From positions 6,779,824-6,843,823 of the forward strand of contig MU054391.1 in NCBI GenBank assembly GCA_013239625.1: a stretch of 64,000 nt of DNA, given 5' to 3'. A model generated the notes under the pieces. That model ran no database searches. It worked only from the letters and a program-made list of their open reading frames with translations, and was not told where the DNA came from. Numbering within the stretch: the first letter of the stretch is position 1; each line of letters opens with the position of its first letter. The DNA comes from Lama guanicoe (lineage: Eukaryota). The translations under genes were made by a program, and so were the position numbers. Shown here piece after piece: positions 13,622-27,769 of this stretch.

Positions 13622-15399
13622 AATAGACAAAGTAGACTTCAAGGTAAAGAGAAAAAGAGGGTAATTCAGATAAAAGGAGTATAATTCATCAGGCAGGCAT
13701 AAAAATTCTAAATATATTTGCATCTTGAAATTGCACCTTGAAAATTCATGGGCAAAAACTGACAGAAATAAAGAAAGAAGCAGGCAAGCCTGTGTTTCTA
13801 GCTTGTAATTTTAACATCCTTTCTCAGTACTTGATACAACAAATAAATAAAACACCAATATGAAGAAATACATATATATATGAATATATGAAGAAAATAC
13901 AGCTCAGAATGAAAACTGCCTGGTCAAATTATAATTACAAAAGTTATTATACCAATAGGTTATATCACTTCTCATTTTAAAATATTTTTAAATTTAAATT
14001 ATTCTGATATGATATACTACAACCTCACATGAAAAGAATCCTATATGCAAAGGGCCAAATAAGTTATGATGAGAGTCATAGATTATATCCAACTTATATA
14101 TTAAATTACTAAACTGGAATAACAATTCCTTTGATTTGCATGGTGTTATAACATTTCTAGAATGCTGAAAATAAATGCATGAGAAAGCAATATGGAAACA
14201 GTGGAGGTTTAGGGGATAAAGGATACTAATTTTAAAACTAGAAATCCCCTCCACAGTAGATTTTTACTTAGCAAATTATGTCAAAGCAAATGCTCATTCC
14301 ACCAATACTGTTAAATATTATTTTTTTAAAAGTTTAAACTGTTATTTTTAAAAGATAGCTAAAGTACTCTCTTCTGTATTTATCCCATTCTTCAAACATT
14401 CATTTATTCTAAGAACAAATTAGATTTTGAATGTTCCCTAACTTCATTAGAAAAAGCAATCATATAACATTAAGTCAATCAATTAATTTATACTATAATA
14501 TTATTTATGCTTGACTCAGATCAAGACAAGAGTTTTAAGAATTCTGATATAAAGAACAGCTATGAACAGGAACTAAAAGATATTTGTTAGCTGGTAGAAA
14601 ACAGTTAAATATTTATGTTTAACCTTTTATATATGAATTAACTAAACAAAAACAAATCTAGAAGGAAAGGGTCATTCATTCAAAAAACAAAAAAAACACG
14701 CGTAAGATGATCTTCTGAACATGAGAAAAATCCTTATTGACTTTACTTTTGGTAATTTTTAAATGCAAAATTGCTTCCCTCTCTGTGCTTCCCAAGCGCT
14801 TGCAATAATCTAATATTATAATTAGTTGTGTAGATGTCTGCCTCATAAGCTCCTTTAGGAATAGAACACAAACTTTGATTTGTGGGGCTGCCTAGTGGTT
14901 GGCACAATGCTGAATTATCCAATTCAACAAATTCAACAAAATTATAGCTATCTCTATATGAATCTATAGAACTTTTAATAAATAAAGAGTATTTTGGTTA
15001 GTTGCTCTAGTTAATGAGGCCTGAATTTCATTTAAATTACCGTGATAGAACACTTAGCTGACTTGACTCATAACACAAGAATCAAGAATCACCAGCTTGT
15101 AGTCTTCGACTTGATCTACAGAACAAACATTAAGAGGCAACAGTTGTATTGATGCCACACGTCTACCTCACACCTTTAAAATACGTTAGTACCAGTATTA
15201 CAAAGTACTACAATAAAGTGTTGTTACCTTAGGAAAGCTGGTTTCCTTTGACCTTCCCTCTGAGGATAGCTCTTTCTAAATGAGTCTATTATAATCTCCC
15301 TCAGCATCTCTGTACTTTCCCCTTTGTTCTCTGGCTCCTTCTCCTTTATTCAATATGGATGGAAAAACAATCAGATATAGTAGCTATTCATTATCACAC

Positions 15400-15620
15400 T
15401 AGACAGAGAGTACTGAATTTAATATGAATTTAGATGTCAACAAACCTAGGCAAAAGTCCTAGCTATCTATTTGTGAACTATGAGGCCAATTTACTTAATC
15501 CCTCTAAATTTCAAAGACTTCATCTACTTAAGAATCTCATAAAACTACTGCAAAGATAAAATGAAACAATGAATATAAATACTTAGCACACAGAATACAC
15601 TCAGTGAAAATGTTAGTTAC
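15400..15620 (+). mobile_element. MIR SINE
   Basis: GCCAATTTACTTAATCCCTCTAAATTTC...AAAATGAAACAATGAATATAAATACTTAGCACA. Confidence 0.55.
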
Positions 15621-16022
15621 CTCTACTATAAACAAATGGAACTCAGTTTATTCTATTATGAAGCTGAACATGTGTGTCCCCTACATCACTAGTCTCTGAT
15701 TACCTAAAGGACAAAAATACTGCTTCTCTTCCAATGCTTCTATTTGTTAGAGGAAAGAATGCTGTATTCCTCATTTCTAATTTAAAAGTGGATGAGTACA
15801 AAAACATCATCTAATTGACTCTATGTATATGAAAAAAAAAGACAAAAAATATATTAAGGGTCAAAAAGAGTTAACAGTTTTATCTCAGCTGATGGAATTC
15901 TGGGTGATTTTTATTTACATTATATTTGTTTACTTGTATTTTCTACAGCTAATATGCAAGCATGCATACTATGGCCAAAAAGGTTAACTCACTGAAAAAT
16001 TCATCCCAACGTACATATATAC

Positions 16023-16378
16023 CGTTATGAGGTGAATCGTGTGTCCCCCTCACCCTCAATTAACATTTTGAAGCCTTAACCTCCAGTACCTCAGAATGTG
16101 ACTCTATTCGGAGACAGGGACTTTAAAGACATGGTTAAGTTAAAAGGGGCTGTTAGGGTGCCCTAATCCACCAGGGACGTGCATGCACAGAGGGAAGATC
16201 ATGTGAGGACACAGTGAGATGGCAGCATCTGTAAGCCAAGGAGAGGCCTCGGAAGAAACCAAACCTGCTCACATCTTGCTCTTGAACTTCTAGCCTCCAG
16301 AAATTTAAAAAAATTAATTTCTGTTGTTTAAGCATACAGTCTGTGATATTTTGTTATGGCAGCCCTAATGAATTTACA
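16023..16378 (+). mobile_element. MLT1 (ERVL-MaLR) solo LTR, MLT1A/B-like
   Basis: GAATCGTGTGTCCCC...ACCTCAGAATGTGACTCTATTCGGAGACAGGG...TTCTAGCCTCCAGAA...TTTTGTTATGGCAGCCCTA. Confidence 0.85.
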
Positions 16379-16829
16379 TACATAAATACATATGAAAATT
16401 AGAACAAGACTTCTGATTATTTACTCAAAATTAAAACTCATTTAATGTCATAAATCCACAGAAACTGACAACAGTGACAACAGCTAATATTACGTGATAC
16501 CTACAATATGCCAGGTCTATGATAAGTAGCACATATGTATAATCTAATATAGTCCTCAAAAAAATCTTATAAAGTAATTCTATTATTAGTGCCACTCCAA
16601 GATAAAGAAATTAAAGCTTTGATGACAGGAAATCTATATACCATAGAATGGAAGCAAAAGTAGTTGACATTGATTCTTTTTCCACAGTACGTGTGTACTT
16701 TATGCAAAAATCTCTATTAAAAGTTGAACATTATTACCTTAAATATAAAAACATGTTTCTTTAAGCCAATATGAAAATATGAGTCTAAAAGAAGCTTAAC
16801 TGCTTTTCCAGGCTCTAATTCTGGCCTAC

Positions 16830-16990
16830 AGTTTACTACTTTCGCACTATGTGTCAGGTGCTCTTCTAGGTATTTCCCATATATTAGCTCATTTCACACT
16901 TATAGCCACCTATGAATAATGAACTATTATTATCTTCATTTTACAATGAGGACACTGAGTCACAAAGAAGTTAGGTAGCTGAAAAGCCTA
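16830..16990 (-). mobile_element. MIR SINE
   Basis: TATTATTATCTTCATTTTACAATGAGGACACTGAG core. Confidence 0.6.
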
Positions 16991-17699
16991 GTCTAGAGTA
17001 CATGATCATAATTGTATTATACTGAATCATATTATGTCCATAAAAATGAGACCTGACAAAATATCCCAAAAGAGTAGAATCCAAAAACAATAGTAATATT
17101 AGATAGAATCATCCATTGTTGCAGACCTTTCATGACATAAAAACACAAATACACATCTCCTCTGCAAATAGGAGAGAAAGATAAAAGACAACAGGCTGAA
17201 CATATTTTGTCCTCCTAGAATTACAGAACGTCAATCCTCAAGAAACGTCTTTCCTGATTGGAAAATCTACAAACAAATAAATTAAATGACTTGTCACTTC
17301 CCTGATTCACGACATTTTCATTATGTATTCCTTCTGTGTTTTGACTCCCACCGCAATCCCACTTCTTCATGTGGCCAACTACTTCACCTCAACTCAAATG
17401 TCACTTTCTCACAGCAAGATCTTTTCTAACTCCTCAGTCTGAAGCAGGCACATTCCCTCCATTATTCTCTCACAGCATCCAGATCTTTTCCTTCATAGCA
17501 TTTATTGTAATCTGAAAATACTTTACTTATTTAAAATAAAATTCTTCACCTCCTCCACAAAAACTACCACTTTCAGCAAGATAGAGGCTACGCTCTTGTC
17601 CCTTTAGAGGCTAGCACAGCCCCTGGAACATAACAAATCCTGATTAAAATATTTCATTGACGGATGAATAAATGAAACATTTTATGTCTGACAATTAAT

Positions 17700-17950
17700 T
17701 GTTAACATTTACTGATCATTTACTCTATTCCATGAACTGTTCCAAATACTTTCTATATATTGTCACATTTAATTCTTCCAGTAACCCTATGAGGTATAAA
17801 TGCTATTGTCATTGTAATCTTCACTTTACAGAGAAGAAACTGAGGCACAGAGAGATGAAGAACCTTGTCTGAAGTCACAGCTAGTCATGAAAGAGCCAGA
17901 ATTCAACTGTAAGTAGTCCAACTTTAGATCCTATACTATGGTATAGCTGC
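17700..17950 (-). mobile_element. MIR SINE, near full length
   Basis: AACCCTATGAGGTA...CACTTTACAGAGAAGAAACTGAGGCACAGAGAG...GTCACAGCTAGT. Confidence 0.8.
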
Positions 17951-19192
17951 TGTGACATACCAAAGTCACTTTTACAATGAGACTTTTCTTTGTAGAAATT
18001 GATTGGTAGGTCGTCTGTGCTGTATTTTTAACTTTCAAAAGGAAAGACACATTTGCACCTATTGTAACACTTTCTTCAAATGACTAAAAAAACATAATCA
18101 TAAAGATGTGCCAAACATGGAACATTCCCTACATATCTGCCTAACAAATTTATCTACCAAATAACAAATCAACTTTAAAAGGTTATGAAAGAAGCACTTG
18201 GACTTTTCCTTTTCAGTCTCATTCTTCTTTTTAAGAGTCCCTGCCTAAGGTAACAGAACCAAGAACTAAACCCAAAACAAACATATACAAGCTCCCTGGT
18301 CAGGTCATTAGATTAATGGAATGTTAAAATATTTTTCATTTTTAAAAACATATGACTTTGTTTCTTCATGTTTTACAGCCAAAATGAAATATGGGATGGA
18401 AAACTAACAACAAAAATAAAAGCTTCCTGTTTCTGTTTTCTTTTCCCTTCTTTAATATTGAATTTTAATGATCAAGTTAACCTAACATAGAACAATAACT
18501 ACCCTGCCACAAAAACATGACAAGTCAAGGTCTGTCATATTTCCTTCCAAAAATACAACTTCAAATTCTAGTCTCTCTTCCACAATTACACCAAATCATA
18601 AGTATAAAGAAACAGTGTACCTGTTTCAAACACATGTAATAAGAATCTCTATATCAAACAGGCAATAATAATGATTAACACTCAGAGAACACTACAGAAT
18701 TTGACTCCGTAGTATAACCAGAAGGACAAAAAAAGGGGTTTCATATTCAGGTGATGAAAATAGGAATATTATTATAGTTCTTCATATAATAATATCAATA
18801 AAATATTTGAAATATTTGCAAAATATTTCTAGTGCTATCACTTCAGCCTACAAAGGTAAATTTTATATTTACTTTCAGTTGCTAAAATGTCTTTTTTGGG
18901 TTTCTCATATATCTAAATAAATCCCCATTAATTAAGCAGAGATTTATTAATCTGAATATACTAAATAAAAACAAAATAGATGTAGGCAGATCATGTTTGA
19001 TCTGGCCTTATTCTAAACCTCAGTGTTTCAGAGCTGGAGAAGACCAGGTGTTTAGAACACCACTGCCTTCTTTTACAGATGAAGACACTGAGGCTCTCAT
19101 ATGGAATAATCTGACCAAGCTCATAAAGCTAGTCTTCTGGCATGGTTGGGCACAGAAATTAGATCTACTCAAGGGTCACTGACAATGTTTCA

Positions 19193-19417
<225 letters not shown>

Positions 19418-19481
19418 TTATTTCAAGAAACTGGGCTTAGTTTTCAGGTAAATCTGTCAGTTTTTAAAGGTTGTTGTTTAA

Positions 19482-19764
19482 GTGGAATCTTAAAAAAAAG
19501 GACACAAATGAACTCATCTACAAAAAAGAAACAGAATCAAAGGCATAGAGAACAAACTTACGGTTACCAGGGGAAAGGGGGTGGGAAGGGATAAATTGGG
19601 AATTTGAAAACTGTACCTCCTGGGGAGTGATGGAAATGTTAGCTATCTTGATTGTGGTAGTGGTTTCATTGGTATGTACATCTAATAAAATTCATCAAAT
19701 TGTACATTTGAAATATGTGTAGTTTACTGTAAGTAACCATACCACAATAAAGGTGTTTTAAAAA
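19482..19764 (+). mobile_element. L1 3'-end insertion (apparently chimeric) in intron 2
   Basis: Flanked by AAAGGTTGTTGTTTAA (19466-19481) and AAAGTTTGCTGTTTAA (19765-19780), 14/16 identical; AATAAA plus A tail. Confidence 0.75.
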
Positions 19765-20386
19765 AAAGTTTGCTGTTTAAAAATCTAAGATACACATTAA
19801 CTTTACATCAAAGAATGAAAACTCTATGGTTAATACACATAAACAAACACAACCTGCAAACAAAAAGTAGTAGTCAAGCTATTCTCTTTCTGACTCTGTT
19901 GCTTAACAAGTGAAATGACAGCTGAAACAGCGATGACCCAAGCAATCTTGGAGTGCACTCTAAATCTGGCAGAAACCGGCTATGAAATTACTTGCAAGCT
20001 TAATCTTCATAATGAATTTTGGAAACCTACTTCTTTGAAAAATAGTAATCACATATAGTAGATTTGGTAGCTACAGATAAGATTTTTAATCAGGAAAATA
20101 GCCCAGTCTCTGGCTAAATTAAAGAATTTACTGTGTTCACATAAAGTGTATATTAATTATTTTGAGAATTTCTTATTCTTAGAACTTCAACTTCATTTGC
20201 AACTTCACTGCAACATCAATACTGGCAAATATTAAGAGTTACTACATTTACGGCAATATTCTTATCACATTATCTTTCACTGACTAGACTGAAATGTCCA
20301 CATTTATCCAAATATAAAGCTTTTAAATCTCCTGGGTAATGTAAAGTGAAGTTGTAGAGTTGTTAATATTAATTTAAAACTTCTCC

Positions 20387-20693
20387 CAAACAAAAACAAA
20401 GCATAAATACAGGACAGAAATAGACTCACAGACAGAGAATACAGACTTGTGGTTACCAGGGGGGTGGAGGGTGGGAAGGGACAGACTGGGATTTTAAAAT
20501 TGTAGAACAGATAAACAAGATTACACTGTATAGCACAGGGAAATATACACAAAATGTTACGATAACTCACAGAGAAAAAATTGTGACAATGAGTGTGTAT
20601 ATGTCCATGAATGACTGAAAAATTGTGCTGAACACTGGAATTTGACACAACATTGTAAAATGATTATAAATCAATAAAAAATGTTAAAAAAAA
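20387..20693 (+). mobile_element. Young lineage-specific L1 3' UTR insertion in intron 2
   Basis: Exact TSD AAAACTTCTCC at 20376-20386 and 20694-20704; TTT/AAAA endonuclease site; AATAAA and poly-A. Confidence 0.9.
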
Positions 20694-20961
20694 AAAACTT
20701 CTCCTGGGACTGCCATAAATGACCTATCCTGAAATTGCCAAATAGTCTTAATTAATACAAAATCTTCAACTTTATCTATTTTACATAATTTAATTGGTTC
20801 TGCAGGTTTGCTTTGAAAATAAAGAATATTAAGTATTCAAATAAATAAAATGGCAAACTAAAAAAATACTTAAGTTTAATAAGTTACAAGTTTGTGGACT
20901 GTAATGACATTAAACATAAATCTCTTATCAAAAGTAGTTATGTGGCCAAATATTAAGTTTA

Positions 20962-21123
<162 letters not shown>

Positions 21124-23289
21124 TTATCATGCTGTTCTCATTGAATAAATGTTCTGCCAGAGATATTAGGATTAATCCTTTCATGTTTTCCATTGTACTT
21201 TAAGCCAATAGAAAAATGTCATTTTTAAATATGTATCCACTATTATTTTTGCTAGTCAGATGTCTTTTCACTCTTCAAATGTCCAGTAAATTATAAATAT
21301 TTTTAATCACAAAATTATGTATATTCCACTGATACCATTAATGCAGACACATTAAAACAATATTGATTTTCCTCAACTGAAAGAAAAAAATACATTAAAA
21401 AAGCAATACACAACTGTTGACATTGTTAAATTCACATTTTGATAACTCCCTGCAACCTTACCCCAACCCACAAGACCCCTCTCTAGGACAGCTAAACTGC
21501 TTTTCACACTAGCATTTGAGCATGCTAGGCTATTTTTAAGTACCAAAATACCAATATATCCTTACTGGTACAACTTTGGTATTTTAATAAATTTAAAATG
21601 CAAAATTTGAATCACTTATATTTTTAGATATATCCAGATTTACACTCTGTATTAAAATTTCAAATCAAAAAAGGTGCATTCATTTGGAAAGCCCTCTTCT
21701 GTAGTACCTCCATTAACCTCTACAAGAAGAAAAAATTTAAATTGACATGGCAGAAGCCTCTATTAACAAGAATAAGTATTCTCTTCTAGTTCAGAGACTT
21801 TCCCAAAAAAGTGGAATATGAATACTTGATACTGAAATGATAAATCTCCATCTACACATAACAAAGATAAAAGAAATCTTTCTTTGAAACAAAACTACAT
21901 CTTGATATTAGCAAAAGGATTCTTGCTTACCCCACAGTCTCCCTAAAAGTTATCAGAGAGGCGGTTATGTAAAGATTAAATAAACAGGAAAAAATCTGGA
22001 AATAGTTTATCCCCCACCAGTGTACAAGTCAGAGAGCATTTTTAGCAGCTGGAATATCTGAGCAGCTGCTCAACTCAACAACACCATTTTGCTTTTTTTA
22101 AGCCGTTCTTTAAAGATCAAATACTATTTCATTTATGCATTTAGCTTTTTTGTAGTATTTGTTTTTGAATAATGCTAATACTTTAATTTACTAATAATTT
22201 ACATTAGAAGATAATACAGAGGTAATCTATATTTATATAATTACATTTATACTTGAGGTTCTAAGTTTATAAATTTTTACATTTGAAATTTATTCTGTGT
22301 AGTAAACAAATTCTGAATTTTTAAAAGATATCAGTATTTTCAATATTTGAAACTGATACTGAGATTCAGTTGCTAGGTTAGCTCAAGACTTGACTGAAAG
22401 CCTCTGTCTATGAATATCCTCATTAAGTAGTTTCATATAAACCTTACACAGTTGAGATTTTTTTCAGTGTCTGTGATTCCAACTGTGATTCTTTTCTTAG
22501 AAAGTGATACTAAAACTGAGATAAAGAAATTTTTAAAAGAATAAACTTACATTAAAGAAAAGTCTACAACCACAACTTTATAGCAATGAAGAAAATTAAC
22601 TTTTGTCCCTATTTCTGAGTAAATAGGTATAAGACACTTCCAAATGCACAGAAATGACAGGAGAACATTTAAAAGTCATAGACCCACTGAAAGGGAAAAA
22701 AAAACCCATCACCACCATAAAATATTCAAGAACGAGAAAGAAAAGCACCAAGCAATGAGAAGCAGCTAAGCTCACAAAGATCTACTGGATTTAGAGCAGA
22801 AAGCAGTAAGACCAATGACTGCGAATTAAAAAGACCTAAATGTGCTAATGAACCAAAACCAGACTGATTACTGGGAAAACAGCTGGAGTGAAAATTCCAG
22901 CTCCCCCCCAAAAAAAAACACTGGAAAAAAAATTATATTGCCCAAGTTTTATACGAAACTGCCTAACAAGGTAGGTCAGACACAGCTTTCAAAAATCTTA
23001 AACTAAGCCCCCAGAGCTTGGCCAGTTACCAGATCTCTTGCATCTCTAATAGTACTGGCTGAAAAGTACATGAATCATCTTCAATACTGGAATTGACATG
23101 GGCTTTCTGTATGTAAAAAGTTAGCATCAGAGGAAGGCAGAGAGAGTGATTTATCCTTCTGTCTCTCTAAATAAATAGGTACAAGACAACACCCAATTTT
23201 TCCCATTATAATTATTATGGTGGAAAAAAATATGTATATAATGTCTAAAGTGATAAGCAAAATGATGGAGACATCTTTTTAGGAATTTC

Positions 23290-23640
23290 AATTGTTAAAT
23301 GTGGCACAAATTATCCTCCAGCTGAAAATTTCATAAAGTCATGAGTTGTCAGCATACGGGTGGTATTTAAAGCCATGAAACTGGATAAGATGACTAAAGG
23401 AATAAGTGCAAACAAATAAAAAAGGACCAAGGAGTCTTGGAAGACACCACTATTGAGAGACTGTGGAGAACTGGAGACTAAGAAGCACACAGTAAAGAAG
23501 GAAGAAAATCAAGACTGCTATAGTATCTTGGAAGCCAGGGAGAGAGTGATCCACAAAGTGATTATGACTGATAAGTAAATCAAGACAGAGGCTTTAGCAA
23601 CGGAGAGGTCATCTGTGACTTTTATAAAAGCTATTTAGAT
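23290..23640 (-). mobile_element. L2 fragment
   Basis: GGTATTTAAAGCCATGAAACTGGATAAGATGAC...TTTAGCAACGGAGAGGTCATCTGTGAC. Confidence 0.7.
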
Positions 23641-23879
23641 TATAAATTTGTGATTTCCAAATCACTGTTCACCACTTTCTTAGTATTTGTTTTTCTATAA
23701 TTACTGCACTTCTAAAAAAATAAAAGCTTCCTTTAAAATGTTACTGTGAGTCCACATTCACAGACCCTAAATAATACCTAGCATTCAACCTGACCATAAA
23801 TTATGTGATACCTTATACTTCAAAGTCTATCTACCAAAAATTGTAACTAAATTATACAGGTCAATATGGTATTTATTAT

Positions 23880-24090
23880 TCATTATAGGAACTTTTTGAC
23901 TACTTTGTGCCATATGCTGTGCAAAGCATTATATATGATATATGCAGTCAACATTTTAATCCTCATAACAATGTATAAACTAGGTACTATTATTATACTC
24001 ACATTTAGTAGGCACAGAAATTGAAGTTCAGAAAGGTTAAAAAACTTGCCCCAGCCAACACAGTTTATAAGTGACAGAATCAGAATTTTA
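23880..24090 (-). mobile_element. MIR SINE
   Basis: TTTAATCCTCATAAC...TAGGTACTATTATT...GAAATTGAAGTTCAGAAAGGTTAAAAAACTTGCCC. Confidence 0.7.
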
Positions 24091-25104
24091 TATTTATACT
24101 TTATTACTCAACTTAAAGTTAATAAAGTTACTCCTTCAACAGAATACTGAAGAATATCCAGGTTTTAAAGTTAAGACAACAAAATAGGAAACATATTTCT
24201 GTGTATCTGCTGTACAGATAAGTGAACAGGAAGTGTTATTTAAATGAATTTGTAATACATTTCCTCCTTATGTTATTACAACTCCAAATACAAATACAAA
24301 ACTAAAAATAGTGTATCCAAACAAATCCATCATTAGCAAATAAAGTAGAAGTTTTAAGCCATCCTAAAATGCACATAGAGAAACTTCAGAATTTTAAGTA
24401 CACTCTATATTGTTTTTTATAGTATACTTTCTATTTCACCTAGAAAGTCTGTTATATTAATTAATCTGCTATCATTTATCAACAACAGTTGAATAAAATA
24501 CTTAATGCTTATTTTACAATATAACTTTGAAAAATTAGTCTAAAAACTCTGACAGCCAAATTAAATTACAAACTAAATTTACTGTCACCTAACAGAAACA
24601 AACATTCAAAAGAAAAAAGGTTACCTAGGAAAATAAGAAATTTAAAGAGTATTGGGTGAAAGTTCTTGCACATATTTTGTGTCATATAGATCAACTTCAT
24701 TATAATCTTGAGTCGCCAACTTGAAACACAAGAACAGTTTTCTTGTTTGCTTATATAAATCTTTAGCTATTTATAGCTATTGTATATAAAGCTCCCTACT
24801 GCCACAAAACAATATAGGTGGTACATTAATGAAGTAACAGATATCTAATCAAGTAACATTAATATTTAGAACACTTAAAGGAATATTATAACAAAAAGTT
24901 GCTTAAAACCTGAACTCTGAATTGTGAGGAAGGGGAACCTCCTTAAGAAGAATACAGTTTCCACTGATCTTACGCCTTTCTAAAGTCTCTGTGCATTTGA
25001 ATAGGCTCCTGATTTCTTGTGCACTCATTTGTAAAATGGAGGTAACAGTCTATAAAATCATTCTGGTGAGCTGTTCTCTCTTATAAAATCAACTATTTAA
25101 ACAG

Positions 25105-25470
25105 TAAGGCAAGGTGTGGAGCAGGGTGAAGTCCCTTCCTCCAGACCACAGGAGTGGTATTGTGATTTTTCCTTTTGCCTCAGGCTCCAAAATGGCTCAG
25201 GAAGGACAAGACAGGATCAACATTACTTGTTTTCCCTTTTTGCCTCACACACCAACATGGTTCAGCACAGTAAATCTTCCAGATTCTGCCTTTACCTAAA
25301 TTTTTCATTTTCATATTTTGTTGACCATGGATTTCTGCAATTTTTAAAGAACTATGATAAAATATTATTTATCTTCATTATGGTGATTTTTGGCACCCCC
25401 ACCAGGCACCCCCCTTAAGTTTTGTGCCCAAAGCAAGTGCCTCACTGGCCTCACCCTAGACCCCATCCTG
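25105..25470 (-). mobile_element. MER96B-like non-autonomous hAT element
   Basis: TTTTCCTTTTGCCTCAGGCTCCAAAATGG...CCCCTTAAGTTTTGTGCCCAAAGCAAGTGCCTCACTGGCCTCACCCTAG. Confidence 0.65.
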
Positions 25471-25659
25471 GCCCAAGAGACTGAAATCTCTACAATTAGA
25501 CAATATTAACTATAGTGCATTTTAATGTTAAAACAATGGGAAAGGAATCACATTGTTGATTTGATCAAAGTTTTAGAAGGATAACTAGTCAAAGAATTAA
25601 GTGTAAAGTTAGGAACAGTACTAATGGTGATAATGCTGGTAAAATGATAGTAATAAAGC

Positions 25660-25840
25660 AGCTGCTATCTACAGAGTGCATGGGTACCAGACACTATGCC
25701 AAACATTTAATGTAACATCATGTCACTTAATTCACTTGATTTTCCAAGCAGATGTTATTATCATTTTTCTATTGAAGAAATTAAGCTTGGAGAACTTAAA
25801 AAATTTTCCAGAATTACACAGCTAATAGAAGGGTCTGAAT
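25660..25840 (-). mobile_element. MIR SINE
   Basis: TACCAGACACTATGCC...GAAGAAATTAAGCTTGGAGAAC...ATTACACAGCTAATA. Confidence 0.55.
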
Positions 25841-27769
25841 TGGGCCCAATGCTAGCTCAAGTAATTATTAGTATTTCAAGCATTTTAAGGTTCTAAATTT
25901 TTTCTTCTAAAAATATTGTCAATGAGAAGATATGTATCAAAGTACTCTTCATAATGTAGTATATGGTTCAGAAACAAATGAATAAAATTAAGTTCAATTA
26001 TATTTGTATTATTGGACTTTGGTTTATAAACTAACGATTATATTTTGTCCTTTAAAAACAGTTTTCCTCCTCAAGGAATATAGTATTTCACTACTCCATC
26101 AAATAAAGAGTAAAACATTTTAAAATCTTTATGACATCGCTGTGCTCAGGCATTTTCATATACTTTATCTAATATACTGTCTACTTAATGAGAGAGGAAG
26201 TATGAGATAAAAATTAGTTAAAAACTCCTCCTTAAGCTTGCTATATTTTGACGAAGGTTTTCTATTATAGATACTTATCTTCCAAACACTCTTAAATCCT
26301 TAAATCCTTATTTGTGTTTGAAGTGCTGGGAGGGAATGAGTAATGTGGAACTATACAACCTTATACTCTGTATCCCATCTTCCAAGTAAAGTATGTTTCT
26401 ACTAAAACCAATTCAGCAATTTTTAAGGAGATGTGCACAACTGCACTGCTAGGTGAATCTGAGATGGAATTTAAGGAATTTCAAACACAAACCTATCCTT
26501 CCCTATTTTTAGATATGTCACTATTATGTCAGTATAGTTCTTATTGATATTTTTTAAACCTATGGAGATTTAAACATTTCATTTCATATCCCACATAAAA
26601 ACAATCACTGAAAATATTCCAAGAATACATCATCATACTTACAGACATAATATCCTCAGTTTTCTAGTCAAACAGTAATCAAATCTAAACAATGAACTTG
26701 TTCAGGAAAATCAAAGGGCAAACATGTATACCCACAAATCACATTATGAGATCAACATTCACTAAGCACCTACATTGTGCCAGAGACAACAGAATCACTT
26801 TCTCATTTAATTCTCATAAAAATCCCCACTGGAAAAGAAATGGAGGAAATGCAGAAGTGTTTTTGGACAGAGCCATTTAGGTATATAACAAAAGCAGAAG
26901 CTGTAACCAGAAGCAGCTCCTTCTGCTACTCATACAACTACCACTAGAAACAGCGAAGAACATTTCAGCAAAAAGAAAAAGTTGTTGTTGGTTTTTTTTT
27001 TAAAGCATGTGCTCTTTTCTTCTTCTAACTGTATATGTAACTGTACAGACTCAATGGCCCACCTACTTTTAATGAAAAAACAAAATATTCTTCTCAACAG
27101 AACTACAGAAGCAAGGTGTACCTCATCCTTACCTAGGAAGCAATATTTCTTCTACACATCTGAGGGAATGTTTAGTAACATTTTTTAAAATTAGAAAACA
27201 TTTAAAACCTTTTAAATCAAATATCTGCCCCATCTCCCTTTTGTCCACTGTATGTGTACCCCCTACAAATAAAAGTGAGCAAGTCTTGGTAAGGGAATCT
27301 GTTGTACTATATTTCAGTCTGTTTTACATTTTGGTAATCTATAAATTATTTGGCAGAGAAAAGGTTCCTAAACAATTTGAAAACTAATAGTTTTGGCAAA
27401 TCTAGTTTCTAAAGGCTGATTACCAACTACCATTTCATAATAACTCTTCAGCTTATTGCTCAATTTCTGGCAATAACAGTACTTCAAGTAAGAGTAAGAA
27501 CTTCTTGTCAATTAATTTAGAGACACATTAGTATCAGTGGTTTAAAAGAAAATTACTTAAAAACACTGAAAATAATAAAATCACCCTGAACTGGAACTCA
27601 CAAATAGCCATCATTTCTTCCACATTCAAAGAGAGAAGGTAACAAAACAAACACATATCTGAACTTTATTCTGAGAATCATCTTCTATGACAGATAACTC
27701 TCATCTGCTTCTACCCTGGGATCCAGTATCCTACTTCCAAGTATCCACCAAATAGCCAGCAGACCTCAA

